From positions 15,081 through 79,080 of the forward strand of contig CBEVQY010000007.1 in the NCBI GenBank assembly GCA_965552135.1: a stretch of 64,000 bases of DNA. Reading direction: 5' to 3'. Below the pieces are notes generated by a model, which saw only the letters and a list, made by a program, of their open reading frames with translations, ran no database searches and was not told the origin of the DNA. Each line of letters begins with the position of its first letter. The first letter of the stretch is position 1. The translations under genes and the position numbers were made by a program. Source of the DNA: an uncultured bacterium (GTDB taxonomy: Bacteria; UBP14; UBA6098; B30-G16). Below are positions 20,370-29,887 of this stretch, in pieces.

Positions 20370-22070
20370 TCAGCCCTTTTGCTTGAGCTTCTTCTCTATC
20401 TTAGCCCACGTGTCCTTGAGTGGTACGGTCAGGTTGAACACAAGCTTTCCGAGCTTTTCGGTGTCGGGGTCGACGCAGAAGTACCCGTGCCGCATAAACT
20501 GGAACCGCTCGCCGGGCTTGGCGTCCTTGAGGCTGGGCTCGACAAGACAGTCCGTCAGAACCTCGAGGGATTTCGGGTTTATGTAGTCCTTCCAGTCCTT
20601 TCCCTCCTCGACGTTTGTGGGGTCTGGCACGGTGAAGAGTCTGTCGTAGAGCCTCACCTCGGCGGGGATTGCATGTCTTGCGCTGACGAAGTGGAGCGTT
20701 CCGCGGACGACCCTTCCGTCGGGTGTGCTGCCGCCGCGCGACTCAGGATCGTAGGTGCAGTGAACCTCAACAACCTCACCCCTTTCGTCCTTGACGACGT
20801 CAACGCACTTTATGTAGTAGGCGTGCTTCAGTCGAACCTCGTTGCCCGGGTAGAGGCGGAAGTACTTTGGCGGCGGGTCTTCCGTAAAGTCGGTCTGCTC
20901 GATGTAGATTTCGCGGCAGAACGGGATCTTCCTTGTGCCCGCGCTTGGGTCTTCGGGGTTGTTTATCGCGTCGAACCACTCGACCTTGTCCTCGGGGTAG
21001 TTTACGATGACGACCTTAAGCGGTCGCAGCACCGCCATCCTGCGGGGTGCCACCTTGTTCAGATGCTCGCGAACGCAGTGCTCCAGAAGCGCGATGTCGA
21101 CGAGGTTGTCCGCCTTCGAGACGCCTATGCGCTCGCAGAAGTCCCTTATCGCCTCCGGCGTGTATCCTCGTCTTCGCAGCCCCGCGATGGTTGGCATGCG
21201 CGGGTCGTCCCAGCCCGAAACGACCCCCGACTCCACAAGCTCGCTCAGCTTGCGCTTGCTCAGTACGGTGTGGCTTAGGTTGAGCCTTGCGAACTCTATC
21301 TGCCTTGGGTGGTGGACGCCGAGGGCATCGAGGAACCAGTCGTAGAGCGGTCTGTGGTCCTCGAACTCGAGCGTGCAGAGGGAGTGGGTTATCCCCTCTA
21401 TCGAGTCGCACTGTCCGTGCGCCCAGTCGTAGCTCGGGTAGATGCACCACTTGTCGCCCGTGCGGTAGTGCCGCGCGTGGATGATGCGGTACATTATCGG
21501 GTCGCGCATGTTCATGTTGGGTGAGGACATGTCTATTTTTGCGCGCAGCGTCTTCGAGCCGTCGGGGAACTCGCCCGCTCGCATCCTGCGGAAAAGCTCA
21601 AGGTTCTCCTCGACGGAGCGGTTCCTGTAGGGGCTCTCCTTCCCGGGCTCTGTGAGGGTGCCGCGATATTCGCGAACCTCCTCGGGGCTTAGGTCGCAAA
21701 CATACGCCTTGCCCTCCTTTATGAGTTTCTCTGCCCACTCGTAGAGCTTGTCGAAGTAGTCGGAGGCGAAGTACAGTCTGTCCTCCCAGTCTACCCCCAG
21801 CCAGCGAACGTCCTCGATTATCGCCTTGACGTATTCCTCCGCCTCGGTGAGTGGGTTTGTGTCGTCGAGGCGGAGGTTGAACTTCCCACCGTACTCCTTG
21901 GCGATGTTGTAGTTCAGGAAAATCGCCTTTGCGTGCCCGATGTGGAGGTATCCGTTCGGTTCGGGCGGGAAGCGCGTGTGGACCCGACCGCCAAAGCGAC
22001 CGGTGCGGATGTCCTCCTCGATTATCTCGCGGATGAAATCTTTCGGCTTTTTGTCCTTCTCCTTCGCCAT
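20370..22070 (-). CDS. glnS: Glutamine--tRNA ligase
   Basis: [40 protein letters not shown]. Confidence 0.97.
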   Translation of the reverse strand: MAKEKDKKPKDFIREIIEEDIRTGRFGGRVHTRFPPEPNGYLHIGHAKAIFLNYNIAKEYGGKFNLRLDDTNPLTEAEEYVKAIIEDVRWLGVDWEDRLYFASDYFDKLYEWAEKLIKEGKAYVCDLSPEEVREYRGTLTEPGKESPYRNRSVEENLELFRRMRAGEFPDGSKTLRAKIDMSSPNMNMRDPIMYRIIHARHYRTGDKWCIYPSYDWAHGQCDSIEGITHSLCTLEFEDHRPLYDWFLDALGVHHPRQIEFARLNLSHTVLSKRKLSELVESGVVSGWDDPRMPTIAGLRRRGYTPEAIRDFCERIGVSKADNLVDIALLEHCVREHLNKVAPRRMAVLRPLKVVIVNYPEDKVEWFDAINNPEDPSAGTRKIPFCREIYIEQTDFTEDPPPKYFRLYPGNEVRLKHAYYIKCVDVVKDERGEVVEVHCTYDPESRGGSTPDGRVVRGTLHFVSARHAIPAEVRLYDRLFTVPDPTNVEEGKDWKDYINPKSLEVLTDCLVEPSLKDAKPGERFQFMRHGYFCVDPDTEKLGKLVFNLTVPLKDTWAKIEKKLKQKG

Positions 22071-22199
22071 ACATCCCTCCGCGATAATGCTTAAAAAAGT
22101 TTTTCGAAGGCGTCCCCATCTGTCAAGGGAAACCATCGCATCCGCTTGACAGAGCTTTTGAGCAAGGGTTATATTAGCTGGTGCTTCGGAGGTGAGGGT

Positions 22200-22661
22200 A
22201 TGAGGCTTGCCATAGGTTCAGATCACGCGGGGTTTGAGCTTAAGGAGGTCATTCGCGACGCGCTTGTGTCGGAGGGTTTTGACGTTGAGGACCTTGGGAC
22301 GCACTACCCGACCCCTTCCGACTATCCCGACTTTGCGCGTGCGGTTGGGGAGGCTGTTGCCTCGGGGAGGGCGGATTTCGGCGTGCTCGTCTGCGGGACG
22401 GGGATCGGGATGTCCATCGCTGCGAACAAGGTTAGGGGTGTGCGCGCGGCTTTGTGCACGTCCGAGTGGTTCGCCCAGATGGCGAGGCGACACAACAACG
22501 CCAACGTGATCTGCCTCCCCGCCCGCGCGATGGAGCCCTCCGATGCAACGAGGATCGTCAGGGTCTTCCTCTCCACCCCCTTCGACGGCGACACTCCGCG
22601 GGGCGCAAGGCACCTGCGGCGCGTGCAGAAGATCGCTCAAATCGAGGGGGAAGGGCGGTGA
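22200..22661 (+). CDS. rpiB: Ribose 5-phosphate isomerase B
   Basis: [33 protein letters not shown]. Confidence 0.95.
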   Translation: MRLAIGSDHAGFELKEVIRDALVSEGFDVEDLGTHYPTPSDYPDFARAVGEAVASGRADFGVLVCGTGIGMSIAANKVRGVRAALCTSEWFAQMARRHNNANVICLPARAMEPSDATRIVRVFLSTPFDGDTPRGARHLRRVQKIAQIEGEGR

Positions 22662-22906
22662 ACCTTTACGTCGTTTGGCTTTTGGGCGCGGGAGTGCTTC
22701 TTTTGGCGCAGGCGCTCTTGCCCGGGCTTTTCATCGTTTGGTTTGGGCTTGGCGCTTTCGCCGCGGGGTTCGTGGCGCTTATCGGAGCGCCTTTGGGCTA
22801 TCAGCTGGCGGTCTTTTTTGGGGTTTCGGTTGCAACTCTTTTTGCCGCGACGCTTTCCGCCCGCAAAGGCTCCCCGAGGGTCGACGGAGGAAGCCGCAAG
22901 GCTTAG
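22658..22906 (+). CDS. Short NfeD-like membrane protein
   Basis: GTG start overlapping rpiB stop; WLLGAG.LL.A..LLPG.FIVWFG pattern; lacks the OB domain. Confidence 0.6.
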   Translation: MNLYVVWLLGAGVLLLAQALLPGLFIVWFGLGAFAAGFVALIGAPLGYQLAVFFGVSVATLFAATLSARKGSPRVDGGSRKA

Positions 22907-23012
22907 CCGCCTTTGGCGGCGCTTCGGCATATGCTGCAGAGGAGCGACCCGGTGAGCTTAGGCTTGATTCCCCGCCTCCTGTGGGGGCAGCTGCGAGGGT
23001 GGTGCCTTCTCG

Positions 23013-23981
23013 CTACGTCTTGAGCTCCTCGTACACGCCCATCCGCCTGTACTTGGCGATCCTTCGCTTCACAAGCTCGTCCTTTGGTATGGACGAAAGC
23101 CTCTTAAGCTCTTCGACCACGGCGTCCTTTACGATTCGTGCGGCTTCGTCGTAGTTTGAGTGGGCGCCGCCGGGCGGTTCTGGCAGGACCTTGTCGATCA
23201 CTCCGAGTTCGAGGAGGTCTTGTGCCGTCACCTTGAGCGCGTCGGCGGACTGCGGCGCATACGCTCTGTCGCGGAAGAGTATCGCTGCGCAGCCCTCGGG
23301 GGAGATGACCGAGTACCACGCGTTCTCCATCATCATAACGGTGTCGCCCACGCCTATTCCGAGCGCGCCGCCCGAAGCGCCCTCGCCTATGATGACGATC
23401 ACCACAGGCGTCCTCAGGCGCGACATCTCGCGGATGTTCCTCGCTATCGCCTCCGCCTGACCCCGCTCCTCCGCGCCTATGCCGGGATACGCCCCGGGCG
23501 TGTCGATGAAGACCACAACGGGAAGGTCGAACTTCTCCGCAAGCTTCATCGCCCTGAGCGCCTTCCTGTAGCCTTCGGGGTGCATCATCCCGAAGTTGCG
23601 GCGGATGTTTTCGTTTGCGTCGTGTCCCTTCTGCTGACCGACGACGACAAGCTTTATCCCCTCGACTGTGGCGAAGCCGCATACTACGGCGGGGTCGTCG
23701 CGGAAGTTTCGGTCGCCGTGGATCTCGAAGAAGTTCGTTGCTATGCGCTCGATGTAGTCGAGGGTGTATGGTCTTTTTGGGTGGCGCGCGACCTGAACGC
23801 GCTGCCAGCGGGTAAGACCCCGGTAAATCTCGACCTTGAGCTTGGCGAGCTTGCGCTCAAGCGCCGTTATCTCAGCCTCGAGGTTCACACCGTCCTGAGA
23901 GGCTATGGAGCGCATCTCCTCGATCTTGCGCTCCAGCTCCACGATGGGACGCTCGAAGTCCAGAACAAACTCCACTGCCAT
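23013..23981 (-). CDS. accA: Acetyl-CoA carboxylase carboxyltransferase alpha
   Basis: LDFERPI, ARHPKRP, GMMHPEGYRKA, DTPGAYPG, SVISPEGCA. Confidence 0.97.
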   Translation of the reverse strand: MAVEFVLDFERPIVELERKIEEMRSIASQDGVNLEAEITALERKLAKLKVEIYRGLTRWQRVQVARHPKRPYTLDYIERIATNFFEIHGDRNFRDDPAVVCGFATVEGIKLVVVGQQKGHDANENIRRNFGMMHPEGYRKALRAMKLAEKFDLPVVVFIDTPGAYPGIGAEERGQAEAIARNIREMSRLRTPVVIVIIGEGASGGALGIGVGDTVMMMENAWYSVISPEGCAAILFRDRAYAPQSADALKVTAQDLLELGVIDKVLPEPPGGAHSNYDEAARIVKDAVVEELKRLSSIPKDELVKRRIAKYRRMGVYEELKT

Positions 23982-24047
23982 GGCACACCTCGCAGCGCCT
24001 CGCCCTATTAACTTAGCGATTGAGCGCCAAAGCGCAACCGCTTTGTG

Positions 24048-24440
24048 TCAAGAGCCCCTCCGACCTAGGATGTCCCTTATCGCAGCCTCAAGATCAGATA
24101 TCCGAAACGGCTTTATCATGACCTTTTGTATGTTGAGCGCCTTCGAGTAGGTGTGGAGCTTGTCGGTATCAAACCCCGTGAGGACCATGATGGGCAGCTT
24201 CGGGTACTTCCTGCGCACCTTGCGGATGAGGTCGTAGCCGCTTTCGGTGGGCATCCGTATGTCGGTTATGAGTATGTCGAAGGCGCCGCTTGCAAGAAGC
24301 TTTAAAACCTCCTTGGGGTTCGAAGTAACCGTCACCGAAAAGCCCAGAAGGTCCCCAAGCTCCTTCATCACGTAGCACCAGTTGAACTCATCGTCGACAA
24401 AGAGTATGTGCGGGACCTTTTCCGACGTCTTTTCGCCCAA
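24048..24440 (-). CDS. Single-domain response regulator
   Basis: ILFVDDE, DILITDIRMP, VLTG, KPF. Confidence 0.9.
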   Translation of the reverse strand: MGEKTSEKVPHILFVDDEFNWCYVMKELGDLLGFSVTVTSNPKEVLKLLASGAFDILITDIRMPTESGYDLIRKVRRKYPKLPIMVLTGFDTDKLHTYSKALNIQKVMIKPFRISDLEAAIRDILGRRGS

Positions 24441-24902
24441 CTAATACCCCCTCCTTTTGAGGTATTCCCTAAGCTCCCTTTCCTTTTCGCGCTCCTTTTG
24501 CTTTTCAATAAGATATTGCTTCTTCTGGTATTTTTTTCGTCCTCTGGCAAGTGCTATCTTTACCTTGACAAGCCCCCGGCTGAAGTAGACCTCGAGGGGT
24601 ATTATAGTCAGTCCGCGTTCCTCGGTGCGGGATCGAAGCTTTAGGATCTCCCTTTTGTGCAAAAGGAGCTTTCTTTTTCGCTTTGGGTCGGGGGTGAATG
24701 CGCTCGATTTTTCGTAGGGCGCTATGTGCATTCCGTAGAGCCAAACCTCACCGTCCTTGACCCTCGCGTATGCGTCGTCTATGCTCACCCTGCCTGCCCG
24801 AACCGACTTGACCTCCGAGCCAACCAGAACTATCCCCGCCTCGAAGGTCTCTATGATCTCGAAGTCGCGCAGAGCCTTCCGGTTTTTCGCAACCACCTTC
24901 AA
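24441..24902 (-). CDS. smpB: SsrA-binding protein
   Basis: NRKA, EAGIVLVGSEVKS, RKLLLHKREI, ARGRK. Confidence 0.97.
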   Translation of the reverse strand: MKVVAKNRKALRDFEIIETFEAGIVLVGSEVKSVRAGRVSIDDAYARVKDGEVWLYGMHIAPYEKSSAFTPDPKRKRKLLLHKREILKLRSRTEERGLTIIPLEVYFSRGLVKVKIALARGRKKYQKKQYLIEKQKEREKERELREYLKRRGY

Positions 24903-24911
24903 CCTTTCTCC

Positions 24912-24940
24912 TTGACATACCGTCTCTCTGGGTTCAAAAT
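24912..24940 (+). promoter_or_regulatory. Sigma70-like promoter for tRNA-Leu
   Basis: TTGACA-N17-CAAAAT directly upstream of the tRNA. Confidence 0.5.
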
Positions 24941-24976
24941 AATTAAGCGAGGGGGTTTTCCCAAGGTGGAATTTGC

Positions 24977-25062
24977 GCCGGGGTGGCGGAATTGGCAGAC
25001 GCGCTAGACTCAGGATCTAGTGGGCGATAAAGCCCATGCGGGTTCAAGTCCCGCCCCCGGCA
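24977..25062 (+). tRNA. tRNA-Leu(CAG), no encoded CCA
   Basis: GCCGGGG acceptor stem, D-loop GGAATTGGCAGAC, anticodon arm CTAGA-CTCAGGA-TCTAG, long variable arm, GGTTCAAGTCC. Confidence 0.97.
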
Positions 25063-25065
25063 GTT

Positions 25066-26757
25066 TCAGCCCGTCTGGTCTTGGGTTGGCTGCGGCGGTT
25101 GTTCTTCGGGCGGTGGCTGCTCGATTTCGAACGTCTCAACGGCTGTGATTGGTCCTCTGGTTGCCGCCACGGCTGCCGCGACTGTGCCCCACAGAAGCAG
25201 GATGAGTGCGGCGTAAAACGGCGGCACCGCCGCCTTCGAGGGCGAGGCACCAACCAGTATCCTCCACCGGGGCGAGGAAAGCCCGTAGCTTGAGGCAAAG
25301 TAGCTCTTCTCCCGCTCCGTCGTCTCCTTTACGATGCCCACGCTCACGTCCCTTGCGGCGACGAAGTACCGCTCGCCCTTGCTCTGCACCAGTATCGAAT
25401 CGCTGCGCCGGCTGCCTGTGGGGAAGTTGGGTATCCACAGGATCAGGTAGCGGGAGGGCTTCAGGCTTTCGATGCGGGCGAGCACGGAATCCTTCTGGTC
25501 GTCTGTGGCTTCCCTCAGGGCTTTGTATTCGTCGACCAATCGGCGGAAGACCGGGTCGGACGGCGATACCACGGGCAGAAGGACGTAGCTTTTCTTCGCG
25601 GCGCCGAGTCTTTCGGAGGTTGTTGCGCGCTCGGTGTCGTGCCAGCCGTCGAGGAGGGCGACGAAGCGCTTTTGGGGTTTCGTCCAGCCCAAAACGTCCT
25701 CGACGGTCACCGCCTGCGGGAGCGGATTTGTGAGCGCCGGGTATGCCAGCACGGCGAAAACCGCCGACGCGCAGAGGGCGAAAAGGAGCGCTCTGCCGAG
25801 CTTTCCGCGCCTGCGCGCAAACGGCAGAAGCGGCAGCGCCAAAAGCTTCGAAAACCCCTCGAGCCTGTCCTCGGTCCGCCAGTCTATGAGAGTCGGTGGC
25901 GCATCTGTCGCGGGCAGCTCCTTGGCTCGCCTCTCCTCGGCGACACGCCTGTGCCACGACTCGTCAAAGCCCTCGGCTGCCTCGCGATCGACCGAGGGAT
26001 CGTACTCCGGGAGGGCGAAGATGCAGTGTCTTGCGAGGAGATCGCGGAGCCTTTCGCCGCCCTCAAGGAGGGCGAGTGGGAATCTGCGCACAGTTCCGTC
26101 GGCGAAGGCGATGACCAGAAGCCTGCCCCAGCGTTGCCCCAAAAGCTTGCCCGCAGGATGGTCGTCCCTTATGCCCACAAGCCTGACGTCCTCGAGGCGG
26201 TAGCTGCAGGTTGCGAGCGGGTCGGATATGGCGATGCGTCCGTCCGAAAGCTCGCACTTTATTTTCGTTGCCAGCGCCGCGATCGCCGCCGGCAGGGCGA
26301 AGAGCGCCAAGGTAAACACCCAGAGCACAGGCGTTCTCACAAATCCCGCGCTTGCGAGGAACGCGACGGCAGCCGCGCAGAACACAGCGATCCTCACAAG
26401 CTTTGCGTTCCTGCCCGCCTCGAACGAAGCTTTCGGCGGTGGCTCCTCGGGCTTGGCTTCTGCGGCTTGCGGCGCCTCGCCAACGCGCTCCAGGTGGGCG
26501 GATATGCCGCGGCTCGCCATCTGGTCCAGAAGGCGCGTGGCGCGCCCGAGGTCGTACTCGCCCGAAACACGTATCCCACCGCCGCAGAGAGCTCGCTCAA
26601 CACGCTCGGGAGGGATACCCAAAGCCTTCGAGAGTATCCCCAAAGCCGCACGCCTCGCAGACGGATCCGAAGATACACCGTCTATTACGATGCGATATTT
26701 GCCCGCAGGGTCGTCCATCCCAATATTAAAGTTCGCCACCTTTTCCCCCTCGGTCAA
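25066..26757 (-). CDS. Hypothetical multi-pass membrane protein
   Basis: Long ORF with several TM segments; L7/L12-like N-terminal and PH-like segments are guesses; start uncertain. Confidence 0.65.
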   Translation of the reverse strand: MTEGEKVANFNIGMDDPAGKYRIVIDGVSSDPSARRAALGILSKALGIPPERVERALCGGGIRVSGEYDLGRATRLLDQMASRGISAHLERVGEAPQAAEAKPEEPPPKASFEAGRNAKLVRIAVFCAAAVAFLASAGFVRTPVLWVFTLALFALPAAIAALATKIKCELSDGRIAISDPLATCSYRLEDVRLVGIRDDHPAGKLLGQRWGRLLVIAFADGTVRRFPLALLEGGERLRDLLARHCIFALPEYDPSVDREAAEGFDESWHRRVAEERRAKELPATDAPPTLIDWRTEDRLEGFSKLLALPLLPFARRRGKLGRALLFALCASAVFAVLAYPALTNPLPQAVTVEDVLGWTKPQKRFVALLDGWHDTERATTSERLGAAKKSYVLLPVVSPSDPVFRRLVDEYKALREATDDQKDSVLARIESLKPSRYLILWIPNFPTGSRRSDSILVQSKGERYFVAARDVSVGIVKETTEREKSYFASSYGLSSPRWRILVGASPSKAAVPPFYAALILLLWGTVAAAVAATRGPITAVETFEIEQPPPEEQPPQPTQDQTG

Positions 26758-26835
26758 CGCAAAAAGTTCTTGACTTAAGCGTTGTGGTGGCTATTTTAAA
26801 TTTGTCATTCGCAAATTCGAAAAACTGAATTACAA

Positions 26836-27744
26836 ATGCTCAAAAGGCTCGACAGGGAGGTTCTATCGGAGTTTGGGTTCAACGAGAGCGATCTGGATCT
26901 GTATTTTGCGCTGCTTCGGGTTGGTGAGGGGACGATAGCCGACTGTTTGAGGTTTTCGTCGGTCGGCAGGACGGCGGCTTATGCGATAATGAAGAAGCTT
27001 GTGGGCTGGGGTTTGGTTGCGGAGGTTTCGGGCAGGCCCGTTCGCTTCAGGGCTTTGCCGCCCGAGGTCGCGCTCAGGGAGTTTGTCGACGAGCGTGTTG
27101 CCTGCGTACGCAGGAGGCACGAGGAGAGGCTCAGGGAGCTTGATGGGGAACGCTCGAAGGAGCTGGACTTCATCCACAAAAGGCTTCCTGCGGCGGCGAA
27201 GGAGCTTTTGCTTGCGGCGCAGGAACTTTACTCCGGCGGCGAGGCTCCCGCCGACGACGAAAGCGACGTCGTTATCCTGCGCGGAGCCAAAGCCGTCTTC
27301 GACATCCTGCACCACATAACGGTTCGCAGGGTCGCACGCATCATATTCCGACCGCCTATCCTGATACCTCCCGACGAGCGCCTCGGTCTTGCGGAGGCAA
27401 AGTTTGCTGCGCAAAAGGGGATCGAGCGAAGGCTGCTTTGCGAAACGCAAATGCTTTCGAAGCCGGAGTTTGTGATTCCGATATGGATTCACCTTGAGGC
27501 GGGGCACCCCGTCAGGCATCTTCCGGCTCTTCCGGGGAAGGTGCTCATCTTCGACGATGCCACAGCCATCGTGTCCCTGCGGGCAAACTCCGATCCCAAA
27601 AGGTCGATCTCGATGCTCGTCAGGAACCGCGAGCTTATAGGGCTTCACATCGCTGCCTTCGATGCCCTGTGGCAGAAGGCTGAGGAGGTCTCGATGGATC
27701 AGATTAAGGATGCCCTGCGGCTTGCGCGGCGCTTTGGGGGGTGA
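26836..27744 (+). CDS. TrmB-family transcriptional regulator
   Basis: FGFNES...YFALL wHTH, RTAAY...L...GLV...GRPVRFRALPPE, C-terminal KVLIFDD...FDALW domain. Confidence 0.85.
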   Translation: MLKRLDREVLSEFGFNESDLDLYFALLRVGEGTIADCLRFSSVGRTAAYAIMKKLVGWGLVAEVSGRPVRFRALPPEVALREFVDERVACVRRRHEERLRELDGERSKELDFIHKRLPAAAKELLLAAQELYSGGEAPADDESDVVILRGAKAVFDILHHITVRRVARIIFRPPILIPPDERLGLAEAKFAAQKGIERRLLCETQMLSKPEFVIPIWIHLEAGHPVRHLPALPGKVLIFDDATAIVSLRANSDPKRSISMLVRNRELIGLHIAAFDALWQKAEEVSMDQIKDALRLARRFGG

Positions 27745-27747
27745 GGT

Positions 27748-29748
27748 ATGCGTTTGGCTTTTTGTTTTACGCTTTTGGGCGTAAGCGCCTGTATTTTCGG
27801 CGCCACCTACTACTGGGATGCCGGTGGCGGCGCCAACACGGCTTGGAACAACCCGGCAAACTGGGACCCCGACGGCGTTCCGGCTGCGAGCGACAACGCC
27901 TACATCCGCCCAAGCTACTGCGCCACAACCGGCAGCTGGACGATAACCGTTGGCGCCAACGCCTGGTGTGCAAACCTCTACGTCTACGCCGAGGAGGACG
28001 CAAACTCGAACCCCTGCGACGTCACCTTCGTCGTCCAAAGCGGCGCTACCCTCACCGTGGGCGGAACGGCGTACTTTTACACGCGCGACGCATCCTGCGA
28101 CCTCCAGGTTGAGGTAAGCGGCACCGTCGACCTTAGCGGAAACGATGTGATCTTCAGCGCACGCGATCACGGCACAGCCCTCAGCGTGAACCTTTTTGGG
28201 CTTTTGACGAACGCCTACTTCGTCACCCTCGACGCCGACCGCAGCGACGCCACCCTCACCATCGCAAACGGGGGGCAGGTGAGCTGCAACGTCCTCGAGC
28301 TTCGGAACGGCACAGGCTGCCACGCCCTCGTCGACGTCCAGGCGACGGCGGGAAATCCTGCCATCGCAGCCGACGACGAAATCGAGCTTGAGGACGACAA
28401 CTGCGACGTCAGCATCTCGGCGGGCTACACGGGAAACGTCTTCATGGGACAGCTCTATCTGGGCTACCCCGGAAGCGACTTCGTTATGGAGGGCGGAACG
28501 GCGGTTGTGGGGACATCGGCGGTAAGCGGAGGTTTTTGCCCCACAACAGGCAGAATAACCTGCTACTCCGACGGGCAGGGCGGCGACGCCGTGTTCTACA
28601 ACCTCAGAATGTATCTGGTCAACGGCTACGACAACGAGATAACGATAAACGACATCACCGTCAAAAACGACTGGGACGTTTACGACGACGGCACAGGCGG
28701 CTACAGCTACGCCGTTTTGGATCTGCACAGCATGGGCAGCTTTGCCGCAGAGCCTTGTTCGATAAGGATAGGTAACCGGTGGGAGTTCCACGGTGGCGCT
28801 TACCCCGACTTCTGGAACACCGGGGGTTACGTCACACGCTACGGCTCGGGCTACTACAGCCTCGTGCTGTCGCACGGCATACGGAAGACCGCGGGCGAGT
28901 CGTACAGAATTTACTTCGAATACCTCGACGCCAACGGCATGCAGGTCCTCGACGACTGCTACCGGGGCGAAAGCTCGTTCGATCACAACGAGCTTTCCTA
29001 CTCCACATTCCGCTTTGGGCAAAGCGGCGGCAGATACATAACCTACAACTTCGACCTCATCGACACCGACCCCACCGACACCCTTTGGTGGAGCTGCGTT
29101 GACTTTGAGGCCGACGGTCCGAGCTACAACATCTACCGCGCAAGCGGCTATGCCGGGAACATAGGCTGCGCCGGCGGGAGGGGCGAGCTTTGGGGCGAAA
29201 GCTACGACTACGACCCGGACGGCACGGTCCACTGGAGGGGTGGTCCGATTCCGCCCTCGGAGGCGCCAACCGACTTTTCCGGAACCGCGGTAAACTGCAG
29301 CACCGCGGTGTGGACCTGGACGGATAACTCGAGCAACGAGGACGGCTTTAGGATTTACGACGACTCGGGCGTTCTGCTGGGCAGCGTTGGCGCAAACGTC
29401 ACAAGCTGGACGGAGTACGACCTCCACGCCGAGCAAACCTACACACGATACGTCGTTGCCTACACAAGCTCCATCTGCGGCGAGAACGAAAGTGCTCCGT
29501 CGAATCAGGCTTCGGTCGTGCCAAACCACTGCATTCTGGGCTACATAAGCGTTTGGGACGGCAACCGCGGCAAGGTCGACAGCCTGCGGATAATCGCCAC
29601 AAGGGATGCACCTTCGGGAGCAGTCGTTAAGGTTGCCACGGTCGACGGGAAGATCGGTTGCGCCGACCTTGTGGACACATCCGACCCAAACGCTTCCCCG
29701 GTGAGAATACACACAAACGCCGGAACGAAGTCATGGAGACGAAAGTAA
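27748..29748 (+). CDS. Secreted protein with G8/autotransporter-like N-terminus and FN3 domain
   Basis: Signal peptide; YYWDAGG...WNNPANWDPDGVP; FN3 WTWTDNSSNEDGFRIY; C-terminal ADLVDTSDPNASPVRIHTNAGTKSWRRK. Confidence 0.75.
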   Translation: MRLAFCFTLLGVSACIFGATYYWDAGGGANTAWNNPANWDPDGVPAASDNAYIRPSYCATTGSWTITVGANAWCANLYVYAEEDANSNPCDVTFVVQSGATLTVGGTAYFYTRDASCDLQVEVSGTVDLSGNDVIFSARDHGTALSVNLFGLLTNAYFVTLDADRSDATLTIANGGQVSCNVLELRNGTGCHALVDVQATAGNPAIAADDEIELEDDNCDVSISAGYTGNVFMGQLYLGYPGSDFVMEGGTAVVGTSAVSGGFCPTTGRITCYSDGQGGDAVFYNLRMYLVNGYDNEITINDITVKNDWDVYDDGTGGYSYAVLDLHSMGSFAAEPCSIRIGNRWEFHGGAYPDFWNTGGYVTRYGSGYYSLVLSHGIRKTAGESYRIYFEYLDANGMQVLDDCYRGESSFDHNELSYSTFRFGQSGGRYITYNFDLIDTDPTDTLWWSCVDFEADGPSYNIYRASGYAGNIGCAGGRGELWGESYDYDPDGTVHWRGGPIPPSEAPTDFSGTAVNCSTAVWTWTDNSSNEDGFRIYDDSGVLLGSVGANVTSWTEYDLHAEQTYTRYVVAYTSSICGENESAPSNQASVVPNHCILGYISVWDGNRGKVDSLRIIATRDAPSGAVVKVATVDGKIGCADLVDTSDPNASPVRIHTNAGTKSWRRK

Positions 29749-29887
29749 ATGGCGCGTGGGGCAGCCGCTTTCCGTTGCGAAAAAGGAGCACGCATAGTCC
29801 CCCTCCGGCGGCTGCCCCCAGCTATACAAGGCAATTTGCGCAGCCTGTTGGCTCTTTTTGGGGAAACACGGACAGGGGGAGTTTGCG

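Noticed and set aside
24441..25062. tmRNA next to smpB
   Set aside because: The adjacent RNA is a complete tRNA-Leu; no tmRNA ends or tag frame seen
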